Shown one piece after another: positions 51,900-60,392 of a DNA stretch of 64,000 bases; the first letter of the stretch is position 1, and each line of letters opens with the position of its first letter. Made by a program: the position numbers and the translations under genes. The notes beneath the pieces were generated by a model. That model had not been told where the DNA came from and searched no databases. It saw only the letters and a list, made by a program, of their open reading frames with translations. Origin of the DNA: an uncultured Bacilli bacterium (GTDB taxonomy: Bacteria > Bacillota_I > Bacilli_A > RFN20 > CAG-449); NCBI GenBank assembly GCA_947591215.1, contig CANQCZ010000004.1:1770-65769 (forward strand), written 5' to 3'.

Positions 51900-52007
51900 T
51901 TGAATAATGGCAAAAATTTATCACATTTTCATTAGATAATAACATGTTGATAATTAACTACTTTCAAGGATTTTCAAATTTAACTATAATATGGTTAAGG
52001 TAAAGAT

Positions 52008-52415
52008 ATGCAAAGAAAATTATTATATTTTATACTTCCGATTATTACTCTTGTTTTAGAAATATTACCCTATGGAGCAGTATGTATTTTTGCTGATGGC
52101 TTAAATCATATTCGCCGAGTGACATATTCTTACTTTGATTTAATTCCATTTGGAAATGCTAATTTTGCACCATTACTGACAGCGATAATAAGTTGTATTG
52201 TTATTATTATACTTATAATCTATTTATTTATAGATAAGTATCGAATAATATCGCTAGTAAAAACATTACTTTTAGTCGCTTTGATATTATCATTATGTCC
52301 TTTACTCTATGGTTTCGATTATTATTCACTTATCGACCTACTGATTACCTTATCTATATTTTCGGAATTACTATTGTTATCTTTAACTACAAAAAACACA
52401 AATGTTGAAAAATAA
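52008..52415 (+). CDS. hypothetical 4-TM membrane protein
   Basis: A very AT-rich 135-aa ORF consisting of hydrophobic helices. No family recognised. Confidence 0.45.
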   Translation: MQRKLLYFILPIITLVLEILPYGAVCIFADGLNHIRRVTYSYFDLIPFGNANFAPLLTAIISCIVIIILIIYLFIDKYRIISLVKTLLLVALILSLCPLLYGFDYYSLIDLLITLSIFSELLLLSLTTKNTNVEK

Positions 52416-52723
52416 TTTCTCATTTAATCTATAATTATTTAAATCTTAAATAATATCAACGTGAAATCACCTTGTACTGACTAATCCGATAAGAGCTAAT
52501 ACTCCACTGACCCATAAAGATCATGGAGGATCTAGCAACTAAGCATATTATCTTTCTTAATTTTGATATATTCTTTTTGTATCAAGTTCCATGTCAACAC
52601 AAAGTATTTCTCGCCTAGAATACCTTGTTTTCAAATTTATATTTTAAGTTTACAAATCTTTCAAATATCATCAAACTCAAACTGCTTTTTCCATTTTAAA
52701 CTTCATAGAAATTTGAAATAGGT

Positions 52724-52766
52724 GCCAAAGCAAGACAAAGAAGTTGGTCACAAGTGTCACAACTTC
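52724..52766 (-). terminator. candidate terminator of the long minus-strand operon
   Basis: Minus strand: GAAGTTG-(13 nt)-CAACTTC followed by TTTGTCTTGCTTT, about 45 nt after the stop at 52811. A second imperfect hairpin (CGGG-ttt-CCCG core) lies at about 52775-52800. Confidence 0.4.
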
Positions 52767-52810
52767 GCCCCTCAACAAACGGGAAACCCGCTTTTGGAGG
52801 TAGAATCAAA

Positions 52811-54832
52811 TTAATCTTTCACTGAGATTTGGCTTTTAAAAGCGTTCCAAAGACGACTGCGTTTATATTGTTCCACTAAGCTTGAAGGAACTGTAAATTC
52901 AGCTTTTTCATCTATTGAATAAAATGCATTTGCACCAAATGGTATGACTCTATCGCAGTGAATCAAAATCTTTTTAAGCCAATGGCAATAGCGAAAAGCA
53001 TTCATTCCTATCTCGACAGTTTCTGCCGGCAATTCAATCGTCTCTAATTCGTCACAATATGCAAATGCCCAGTCGCCTATTCGGTTAACATTATTGAAAA
53101 TAATTGTTTTCAATGCGCTGTTGTTATAAAAACTCCACCTACCGAAATTTTTCACATCATTTAACTCAAGCATTTCCAAATACGGATTGTTCCGGCAAAA
53201 ATCATCGCATATATCGCCGTGCACAATTAACGTTTTTATTTGAGGACACTCACCTGAAAAATAATACGAGAGTTTACGGTTACCGGGAATATCCATCTGT
53301 TTCAATTTGATACAATTATAAAAGATTCCTTTACCTATGCTTGTGGACTTTGCAATAGAAACAGACCGCAAATCCGTCGCGTAAAACGCATAATCTCCGA
53401 TAGAATGTCCTATGAATTCAAAATCTTTAACAGCTGTTTTTCCAAAAGCCACAATTCCGATTTTTTGAAGATCATTCGGCACGACACATAGACTATGGCA
53501 ATTCCATAACGCTCCCTTTTCTGCATAAACCAATCCTTTCACATTTATAAGCTGCGCACAATTTGTCATGGCGCAAGGAGCAAAATTTTTTACAGCAATC
53601 TGCTTTAAGGAAGAACATCCGAACATGCCAAACTTGCCTATCGAATCTATGTCGAGATTTTCATCCAGCATTTTGCAATTGTAAAATGCAAACGGTGGGA
53701 CTGATTTGGGGATAAAATCGACATGTTTTAAGCTTGTACAATTGTAAAATATGCCCTCTGGAAAATCTATCTTCTTTCCAAATATCACTGATTCAACCTT
53801 TGTATTGGCAAAACAATATCCCGAAAGCATCTCTATACCATGCGGCAAGGTAACTTCCCGTTCGATACCTAAATATTTATATAATGTCTTGCCTAGAATG
53901 GCAAATGAGCCTTGATCTTTAAACCACTTTGTGTCGTACAAAGCACTGTTTCCAATATGCTCTACGCTTTCACCACCATGGATTAACTTAAGGTTTTTTG
54001 CCCCAAGGAAAGCGTGTTCGCCGATGAATTTCAAAGTATGTGGAAGATTTATTTCAACTAAACCACTACACTTTGAGAATGCGTAATCTCCGATCATCTC
54101 AATGCCATCGGGAATTAGTATTTCCGTCATTTCACTGCGATCATGAAATGCGCCACTTGCAATAACCTTTACCGGTACACCGTCGATCTTTGCCGGTATA
54201 ATATGCTTTTTTAAACTTTTCCCTTCTTTCGTCAATCCTTTGATCTCAATAATATCGCCTTTACGGTTATACTTAAACTCATGATAGATCCCAAAGGACT
54301 TAGTTTCATATTTAATGTTTGAAGCGTTTTTGGTCGACAGCACTACAATCTTACAAAATTCACATCTCTCGTCGTATATCTTTTCAAATATATACGGCGG
54401 AGTAGAAGATGAGCAAAGCAATTTGATATTAGGATACATTTTTCTCAACCGATTGGCAAATAAAAACCAATCGCCACACTCCTGAATCTCATTAACAACA
54501 AGATATGTAATTTCATGCCGTTCCATAATTGCCTTTTGAAAAACATCTAAAATATTCGCTTCTTGCAGAAACGGCAATTCGTAATCAAGATATAATATTT
54601 GTTCTTTTTCTATACCTCGCTGCAAAAGATCGCGGCAAATACGACCAAGCATATCTGTCTTACGCAGCCCCGTTTCCCCCACCAAAAAAACATAATTATT
54701 CTGTGCGTTATCAAAATATAGTTCTTGCACTTCATTGTAATCATACGCAAATGCTGGATCGGAAAAATCTGTGTCAGGTGCGTCTTCGAAAACGTCATGA
54801 TTTATAATATAATTGATAAATTTTTCTTTCAT
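52811..54832 (-). CDS. AAA_14-like P-loop NTPase domain (degenerate Walker motifs) fused to BspA-type leucine-rich repeats (LRR_5)
   Basis: Residues ~45-165, YVFLVGETGLRKTDM...ILYLDYE...YLVVNEIQECGDW...KLLCSSS, follow the AAA_14 layout. From residue ~210 to the end there are about 10 repeats of the form IP.gv..IG..AF..C..L. No signal peptide and no TM segment. Confidence 0.75.
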   Translation of the reverse strand: MKEKFINYIINHDVFEDAPDTDFSDPAFAYDYNEVQELYFDNAQNNYVFLVGETGLRKTDMLGRICRDLLQRGIEKEQILYLDYELPFLQEANILDVFQKAIMERHEITYLVVNEIQECGDWFLFANRLRKMYPNIKLLCSSSTPPYIFEKIYDERCEFCKIVVLSTKNASNIKYETKSFGIYHEFKYNRKGDIIEIKGLTKEGKSLKKHIIPAKIDGVPVKVIASGAFHDRSEMTEILIPDGIEMIGDYAFSKCSGLVEINLPHTLKFIGEHAFLGAKNLKLIHGGESVEHIGNSALYDTKWFKDQGSFAILGKTLYKYLGIEREVTLPHGIEMLSGYCFANTKVESVIFGKKIDFPEGIFYNCTSLKHVDFIPKSVPPFAFYNCKMLDENLDIDSIGKFGMFGCSSLKQIAVKNFAPCAMTNCAQLINVKGLVYAEKGALWNCHSLCVVPNDLQKIGIVAFGKTAVKDFEFIGHSIGDYAFYATDLRSVSIAKSTSIGKGIFYNCIKLKQMDIPGNRKLSYYFSGECPQIKTLIVHGDICDDFCRNNPYLEMLELNDVKNFGRWSFYNNSALKTIIFNNVNRIGDWAFAYCDELETIELPAETVEIGMNAFRYCHWLKKILIHCDRVIPFGANAFYSIDEKAEFTVPSSLVEQYKRSRLWNAFKSQISVKD

Positions 54833-55512
54833 TTTTGATTCTCTCCCAAGGTTAAAAGTCTATTGTATACGGTCGAAAATTTTCCAACATCTTTGTCCAC
54901 GTGATAATGTCCGAAATACCATTTACGATACTCAACCGTATCTTTGATTGTCTCTAAATAATCGTTCAAAATTCGTTCTTGCGGCACAAGATTGGCTCCT
55001 ATTCGTTCGGCGACTGAAGTCGGTGCAACATGGGTAAGAACATAATCTACACGATTGCCGCACTGTTTCAAATTGGTTATTCCTCTTTCATATTCCTGTT
55101 CATTTGGCATTTCTTGATCCCATACGGAAATCGGCGAGGTTCCGTCAAGTTTTTTTACCGAAAAGCCACCCCCGAAAACGAATATCTTTGTATTATCGAA
55201 TGAAAATATGCATCCTCTCATCAGTCGATAGATTTTATCGCTAATTTTTTGCGCTTTGCCACCAAAAAAATTCTGTTCCTCATATTGTTCCAGCAGGTCG
55301 AAATTCTCATGATTGCCATCCAAAAACAAAGTTATATTCGGCAAAGAGTTATAAAACTCCCTTACCTCCTTATGTTCGGTTTTACTCCAAACGATTCCAG
55401 CATCTCCGAGAATAATGAGATAATCATCTTTTTGCAAGGGTATATTTTGCAAGAGTCCTTTAAGATAAGGAAGTCTTATATGCCCATGAATATCCGAAGT
55501 TAAATAGATCAT
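54829..55512 (-). CDS. calcineurin-like metallophosphoesterase
   Basis: Motifs SDIHGH, LGDAGIVW, DGNHEN and THVAP. Confidence 0.8.
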   Translation of the reverse strand: MIYLTSDIHGHIRLPYLKGLLQNIPLQKDDYLIILGDAGIVWSKTEHKEVREFYNSLPNITLFLDGNHENFDLLEQYEEQNFFGGKAQKISDKIYRLMRGCIFSFDNTKIFVFGGGFSVKKLDGTSPISVWDQEMPNEQEYERGITNLKQCGNRVDYVLTHVAPTSVAERIGANLVPQERILNDYLETIKDTVEYRKWYFGHYHVDKDVGKFSTVYNRLLTLGENQK

Positions 55513-58145
55513 TTAACGACCTCCTTTATAAGAGATGTAGATGTGTGAGCAAAAGCATTTTCTCCAAATGTAACTCCTCGTTTATAAGTAATCCGGGCAA
55601 GAGCTTTATCATAAGCAAAGGCCTTTTCATCTACATTCTTCACGTTGCGCAAATCTATTTCACGTAAATAATACGCATCCGATAAAGCTCGAAAAGCAAT
55701 TTTCTCCGTTACGTCAGGCGCTGTATATTTTTCATTCTTCTTCCCGATTGCATATTGAAGTAATGTTTTTTTATCAGCAGTATAAAGGTTGCCGTCTTGT
55801 GATGCAAATGCCGCATTGTTATCCGATACCGATATCCACTTTAGGCGTTCACAAGAACCGAATGCATAAGTACCGATTTCAATGACATTCGACGGGATTG
55901 ATATTTCACTCAACAAATCGCAACCATGGAATGCCCACGCACCGATAAAGACGAGCGAATCGGGAAGTTCAATTACAAGCAGATTTTTGCAATCGTCAAA
56001 TGCGCTAGTCTCAATTTTCTTAACGGTGCACGGCAATATGACTTTTTCGATGTTCCTTGCATTTTGAAATGCGTTACGTCCGATTGTTTCAACTCCCTCA
56101 GGAACAGTATATACTTTTTCGGGGGAAGCAAGCGGATACCTTACAAGCGTTTTCTTGTCCTTAGAGAACAGCACCCCAGATTCCGTACAATAAAATTTGT
56201 TATCTTTCTCAACGAAGATTTTTTTAATGCTGCTCGAATAGAAACAAGTTGGATCGACAACTTTGACAGAAGCATTTACATATAACTTTCCGGCATAAGA
56301 ATTATTTGTGCCGATTTCTTTCAATTCATCATAATGAACGAATCTCAATTCATGGCTTTGCGTCAAAGCTTCCACGTCGATTCCATAAGCAAATAAATCA
56401 CGCATGGTACGTTCAGCATCTTGCTCTAAGGCTTTCAGCAGATATTCCTTTGCTTTTTCCAAATCTTTTTCCACGCCTACTCCGTTCAAAAAACAATATG
56501 CTATGTCTCCGGTTCCGTGCGAATAGTGGTTCTTTGACGCCATTTCAAAATATTCCATAGCCTTTTGCGCATCAGCTTTTACGCCGTATCCGTGCAAATA
56601 ATTTTGTCCAACATCGCGCATCGAATGAACATATCCAAGATCGGCGGATTTCTTATACCAATAAAAAGATTTCTCTTCATTCTTCTCTACGCCCTGTCCC
56701 ACAAGATACATATAACCAAGGTCACACATTGCTTCGAGATTTCCCAAATTGGCCGCTTCTAAATAATATCCGAAAGCTATGTCAAAATTTCGCACTTTGC
56801 CGAGCCCAAACGAATACATATCGCCGAGAAGTACTAAAAAATCCGCTTTTTTATTTTTCGCCTTGCGTTCTATCTCGTCTTTTATTTCTGCTACGATTGA
56901 TTGTGCTTTGGAAATATCTTGAGAAGCACCATTCCCTTCAAAGTAACCTAATGCATAGTAAAATGCGCCTTTAGGATTTCCAAGCTTGGCCGCTCTAAAG
57001 AAACAGATTTGCGATAATTCTTTGTGCCGATAAAATCTTTTGCTTCCGATAGAATATTCTTTTCCTCTTTTAATCCATTCCTCAGAATCGATATTCGAGT
57101 AAATCCCATCGAAAACTCCAACTAAATAGTGGTCATCAAACCAAGCACATTTACAAGGCTGCACACTACGTTCCAGTCTGGACAAAGTGTCGATTTTTTC
57201 TATCCAAAGTTCCTCCTTGAGCGGCAAATATTCAAGCAAGCCAAGTTGTGCTTCTTGCGTAATCATCTCAGACACTAGACATTTGATACCGACCGCCTGT
57301 GCCTCAATCGAAACTATCGATAAACCCTCATATAAAGACGGCAATAGCAATCCATATGATAACGACATGAGTTCTGTAATGTTGCTGTCAGGTGGTAAAA
57401 TCTTAATATTATTAAGTCCGTTACGCGAAATAAAACTCTCGATTTCTTGCTGTAAATGACCATGACCTACAAAAACAAACCCAATATCCGTTCTATCCCG
57501 CATATTCAAACACAGATTTAATAAAAATTCGATATTCTTTTGCTTCGCAAATCTTCCCACGAATAAAAAATATTTTTTGTTTGCATCTAATCCGTACTTT
57601 GCAAATTCTTTATTGTCCATGTCGAAGAATCGGGAATAATCTATTGCATTGTATATTGTTTCGCCATCACGTCCATATAGGAACTCTCTTGCCGCATCGG
57701 AGCAAGCGAGGCAATGCGTCGCATATTTTTTTACCATCCGTGCAGAAATTGCTTTTGCTATTCTCTTTCCTAAAGTCAAGCCACGTGGATTGGCTTGATG
57801 ACAGTGGGATATCCGAACCGGCACGTTTTCTTTATATGATTGCTTCAAGTACAATCCATTATTTGAAAAATAGTGCGAATGAACGGCAATCGGCTTCTCT
57901 TTTCTTATGATTTCTCTTATTTGTTTTGACTGCCGCAATGAGCGTATAAGTCCCCGTCCCTTAACGCATACATCATACACTTTCCCACCTAGTGATAAAA
58001 TCTCTTCTCGATAATGGTCGTTTCTCTTTGCCGTATTAATAAAAATAAATTGATACTCGGTATGCATTTTGCGATACAATGTCATAATAAAGGACGAAAT
58101 CCCGTTTATTCTCAAATTGCCACCTATTTGAATGACTTTTTTCAT
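55509..58145 (-). CDS. GT4-family glycosyltransferase fused to Sel1 repeats and BspA-type LRRs
   Basis: Residues 1-~340 form a GT-B fold with FLFVGRFAKQKN and YEGLSIVSIEAQAVG. Residues ~385-600 hold about 5 Sel1-like repeats (LGYMYLVGQGVEKNEEKSFYWYKKSADLG and similar). Residues ~640-878 hold LRR_5 repeats (VPEGVETIGRNAFQNARNIEKVILP...). No signal peptide. Confidence 0.75.
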   Translation of the reverse strand: MKKVIQIGGNLRINGISSFIMTLYRKMHTEYQFIFINTAKRNDHYREEILSLGGKVYDVCVKGRGLIRSLRQSKQIREIIRKEKPIAVHSHYFSNNGLYLKQSYKENVPVRISHCHQANPRGLTLGKRIAKAISARMVKKYATHCLACSDAAREFLYGRDGETIYNAIDYSRFFDMDNKEFAKYGLDANKKYFLFVGRFAKQKNIEFLLNLCLNMRDRTDIGFVFVGHGHLQQEIESFISRNGLNNIKILPPDSNITELMSLSYGLLLPSLYEGLSIVSIEAQAVGIKCLVSEMITQEAQLGLLEYLPLKEELWIEKIDTLSRLERSVQPCKCAWFDDHYLVGVFDGIYSNIDSEEWIKRGKEYSIGSKRFYRHKELSQICFFRAAKLGNPKGAFYYALGYFEGNGASQDISKAQSIVAEIKDEIERKAKNKKADFLVLLGDMYSFGLGKVRNFDIAFGYYLEAANLGNLEAMCDLGYMYLVGQGVEKNEEKSFYWYKKSADLGYVHSMRDVGQNYLHGYGVKADAQKAMEYFEMASKNHYSHGTGDIAYCFLNGVGVEKDLEKAKEYLLKALEQDAERTMRDLFAYGIDVEALTQSHELRFVHYDELKEIGTNNSYAGKLYVNASVKVVDPTCFYSSSIKKIFVEKDNKFYCTESGVLFSKDKKTLVRYPLASPEKVYTVPEGVETIGRNAFQNARNIEKVILPCTVKKIETSAFDDCKNLLVIELPDSLVFIGAWAFHGCDLLSEISIPSNVIEIGTYAFGSCERLKWISVSDNNAAFASQDGNLYTADKKTLLQYAIGKKNEKYTAPDVTEKIAFRALSDAYYLREIDLRNVKNVDEKAFAYDKALARITYKRGVTFGENAFAHTSTSLIKEVVK

Positions 58146-59806
58146 TTTCGAATTATCTCCGCTTTACAATTATTGAAGGTATTCGGAAGAATCTTTATAT
58201 GTTTCGGTACAATAACTCTTTTCAAGCCATGACATCCATCAAAACACCAATCGGCAATTTCTTCCACGCTTTCGGGAATCTCTATTTCTTCAAGCTCGAC
58301 GCATTCCGAAAATGCACTCCTGCCAAGAAAGCGGAGCCCCTTCGGCAGTACGATTTTTTTAAGTGTGTAGCAACCTGTAAAAGCACTTCTACCGATATTG
58401 ACTACGCCTTCCGGCAAAACAATATTTCCTTCTTTTACCGCCGTCGAGGGACAAAAAACCACCTCTTTCCCTGTGGCATCATATAAGATGCCGTACCGCT
58501 CCATATAATATGGGCTATGATTTTCGAGAACTACGTTTCTACAATTCGCAAACGGATTATAACCAATCTGTCTGACAGAGGCTGGAATTATAATTTTTTC
58601 TATCATATCGCAATTCCAAAAACAATTTCTCCCAATGGTCCTTACTGTTTCGGGGAGTTTTACAATTTTTACTCCCAATCCCATCGAATAATGCATACAA
58701 GTAGTAATATTTTTGTCATACAATACGCCATCGATATAATGAAAATATTCACTTTCATTTTTGAGTTTGATGTTACGACAATCCGAAAAAGCATTGTTTC
58801 CCATAAATGTCACATTCTTGGTTATGACAACAAGGCGGAGATTTACGCATTTGTAAAAGCTGTGCTTACCTATCCACGTTACGCTTTCTGGAATTCGGTA
58901 TTCCCAAGAAGGATTGCTTGCCGTATAATGAATCAAAAACTTCATTTCACGATCAAACAGAACTCCATCTTTCAGGACAAAATACACACTGTTGTTTTCT
59001 ATTTCAATATCTAGGCAACCCGCAAACGGATCATCTCCCATTTCATCGACACTAGCAGGAATATTTATTTTTTTCAGGTTTTTACAGTAAACAAAAGCAT
59101 CACCGCAAATACAAGTCACACTATCTGGCAAAATTACTTCCTTAATAGCAAGATTTTTCCAAAAAGCCCCCGTGCCTATGCTTGTAATTCCGTTCGGTAT
59201 CTTCACAACAGGAGCACTGCCGAGATATTTTATCAATTCACCATTTTTGACATAAAACTCTTTCTCGTATTCTTGTTCATCGTAATCAATAGAAAAAGTA
59301 TCAGGATACAATGGAGCTTTTTTTTCAAACAACCCTTTGGTAAATTTCTTATCCAACACATGGATTTCTGACTTAAAATCCACAAGGCCACCGGAAAGTT
59401 GTGAAGTGTAGAGACATTCATTCTTCCCGCTCGATCGATAGCCACTTATGAGTTTCTCATAATCTTTTCCCCACCCGGAAACATAAATTCCAATATATAA
59501 AATTTTTGTCTGCGGATAAGTAATAGCAATATCATAGCCATCTGAATTGACAAGCACGCAAGAAGAATCATATCCCTTCTTCAACAATCTATCTATCACT
59601 TCTAAAATTGAGAAATCTTTGTACGCACGCAACTCGTAACTCTCACCACGATATTCAAACCTCTGCTCCTCGGAATATATTGTAATCGCGCAATCCTTAT
59701 AACGATATTTAAAGATATCGGGCGCCACTTCAAGGTAACCCAATTTCCGATAGAGAATAATGTATTTCATGTCAATAAACAATGTGTCTTTATGTTTTTC
59801 AATCAT
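58142..59806 (-). CDS. unknown ~190-aa N-terminal domain fused to BspA-type LRRs
   Basis: The C-terminal ~360 aa are LRR_5 repeats (IPNGITSIGTGAFWKNLAIKEVILP, LPEGVVNIGRSAFTGCYTLKKIVLP). I do not recognise the N-domain. No signal peptide. Confidence 0.7.
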   Translation of the reverse strand: MIEKHKDTLFIDMKYIILYRKLGYLEVAPDIFKYRYKDCAITIYSEEQRFEYRGESYELRAYKDFSILEVIDRLLKKGYDSSCVLVNSDGYDIAITYPQTKILYIGIYVSGWGKDYEKLISGYRSSGKNECLYTSQLSGGLVDFKSEIHVLDKKFTKGLFEKKAPLYPDTFSIDYDEQEYEKEFYVKNGELIKYLGSAPVVKIPNGITSIGTGAFWKNLAIKEVILPDSVTCICGDAFVYCKNLKKINIPASVDEMGDDPFAGCLDIEIENNSVYFVLKDGVLFDREMKFLIHYTASNPSWEYRIPESVTWIGKHSFYKCVNLRLVVITKNVTFMGNNAFSDCRNIKLKNESEYFHYIDGVLYDKNITTCMHYSMGLGVKIVKLPETVRTIGRNCFWNCDMIEKIIIPASVRQIGYNPFANCRNVVLENHSPYYMERYGILYDATGKEVVFCPSTAVKEGNIVLPEGVVNIGRSAFTGCYTLKKIVLPKGLRFLGRSAFSECVELEEIEIPESVEEIADWCFDGCHGLKRVIVPKHIKILPNTFNNCKAEIIRK

Positions 59807-60383
59807 GGATAAATCCTCTCTTTATTAGTTCGCTTTTCATTTTGGTAACAACTTCTTGTTCAGTCAAATCGGTCGTATCTAAAACGATACCCGGCATCTT
59901 GTATTTGTTCATGGCATATTGCATTTTTTTATATGCAGAAGGAATCAATGCCACCTTTTTAAGGTCGGGATCGTGAAGATTACGAGAACGCAATCTTCGT
60001 TCCACAACGATCGGATCGGCATAAACCAAAAAGGTAAAATCCGGTGCCCCAATCGTTTGGAAAATAGCATCGAAAATATAATCAGTATTTTGATCCCCGC
60101 TCCAACAGTAATTGGATAAGATATGCCTGTCCGTAATGATGTTTTGGTTTGCAAATCTTTCATAAAGATAAATATTGCCAAGCCCGTAAAACCAAGCAGT
60201 AAAGGCTTTATTTGGGTTTTTATTGACCTCATCACGGATACGGATGTACTCATCGTTCTTGCCATCCTCGTTAAATAAAAAATGTAAAGGCTTCTCAATC
60301 AACTTGAATCCAAGCATTTCGGAAAGGTTCCTAGCAGCCGTACTCTTTCCGACACCATCTATTCCTTCTATTGCAATATGCAT
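59799..60383 (-). CDS. thymidylate-kinase-like / deoxynucleoside(-monophosphate) kinase family P-loop protein
   Basis: N-terminal IAIEGIDGVGKST P-loop, a DRH-like motif (ITDRHILS), and a size of about 190 aa. Confidence 0.7.
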   Translation of the reverse strand: MHIAIEGIDGVGKSTAARNLSEMLGFKLIEKPLHFLFNEDGKNDEYIRIRDEVNKNPNKAFTAWFYGLGNIYLYERFANQNIITDRHILSNYCWSGDQNTDYIFDAIFQTIGAPDFTFLVYADPIVVERRLRSRNLHDPDLKKVALIPSAYKKMQYAMNKYKMPGIVLDTTDLTEQEVVTKMKSELIKRGFIHD

Positions 60384-60392
60384 ATGTTCCTC

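Noticed and set aside
52533-52628. A 31-codon ATG ORF (MEDLATKHIIFLNFDIFFLYQVPCQHKVFLA) in the junction region.
   Set aside because: It has no SD and no recognisable family, and it lies in AT-rich spacer DNA. It is too weak to call as a gene.
55882-59014. Many plus-strand ORFs of 61-165 aa (for example 55926-56285, 57581-57910, 58517-59014) opposite the large minus-strand LRR/GT genes.
   Set aside because: They lie entirely antisense to well-supported genes that have clear domain content. They have no SD sequences and translate to low-complexity or odd-composition peptides. I treat them as shadow ORFs, made long by the higher GC of this block, and use them only as indirect evidence of the compositional shift.
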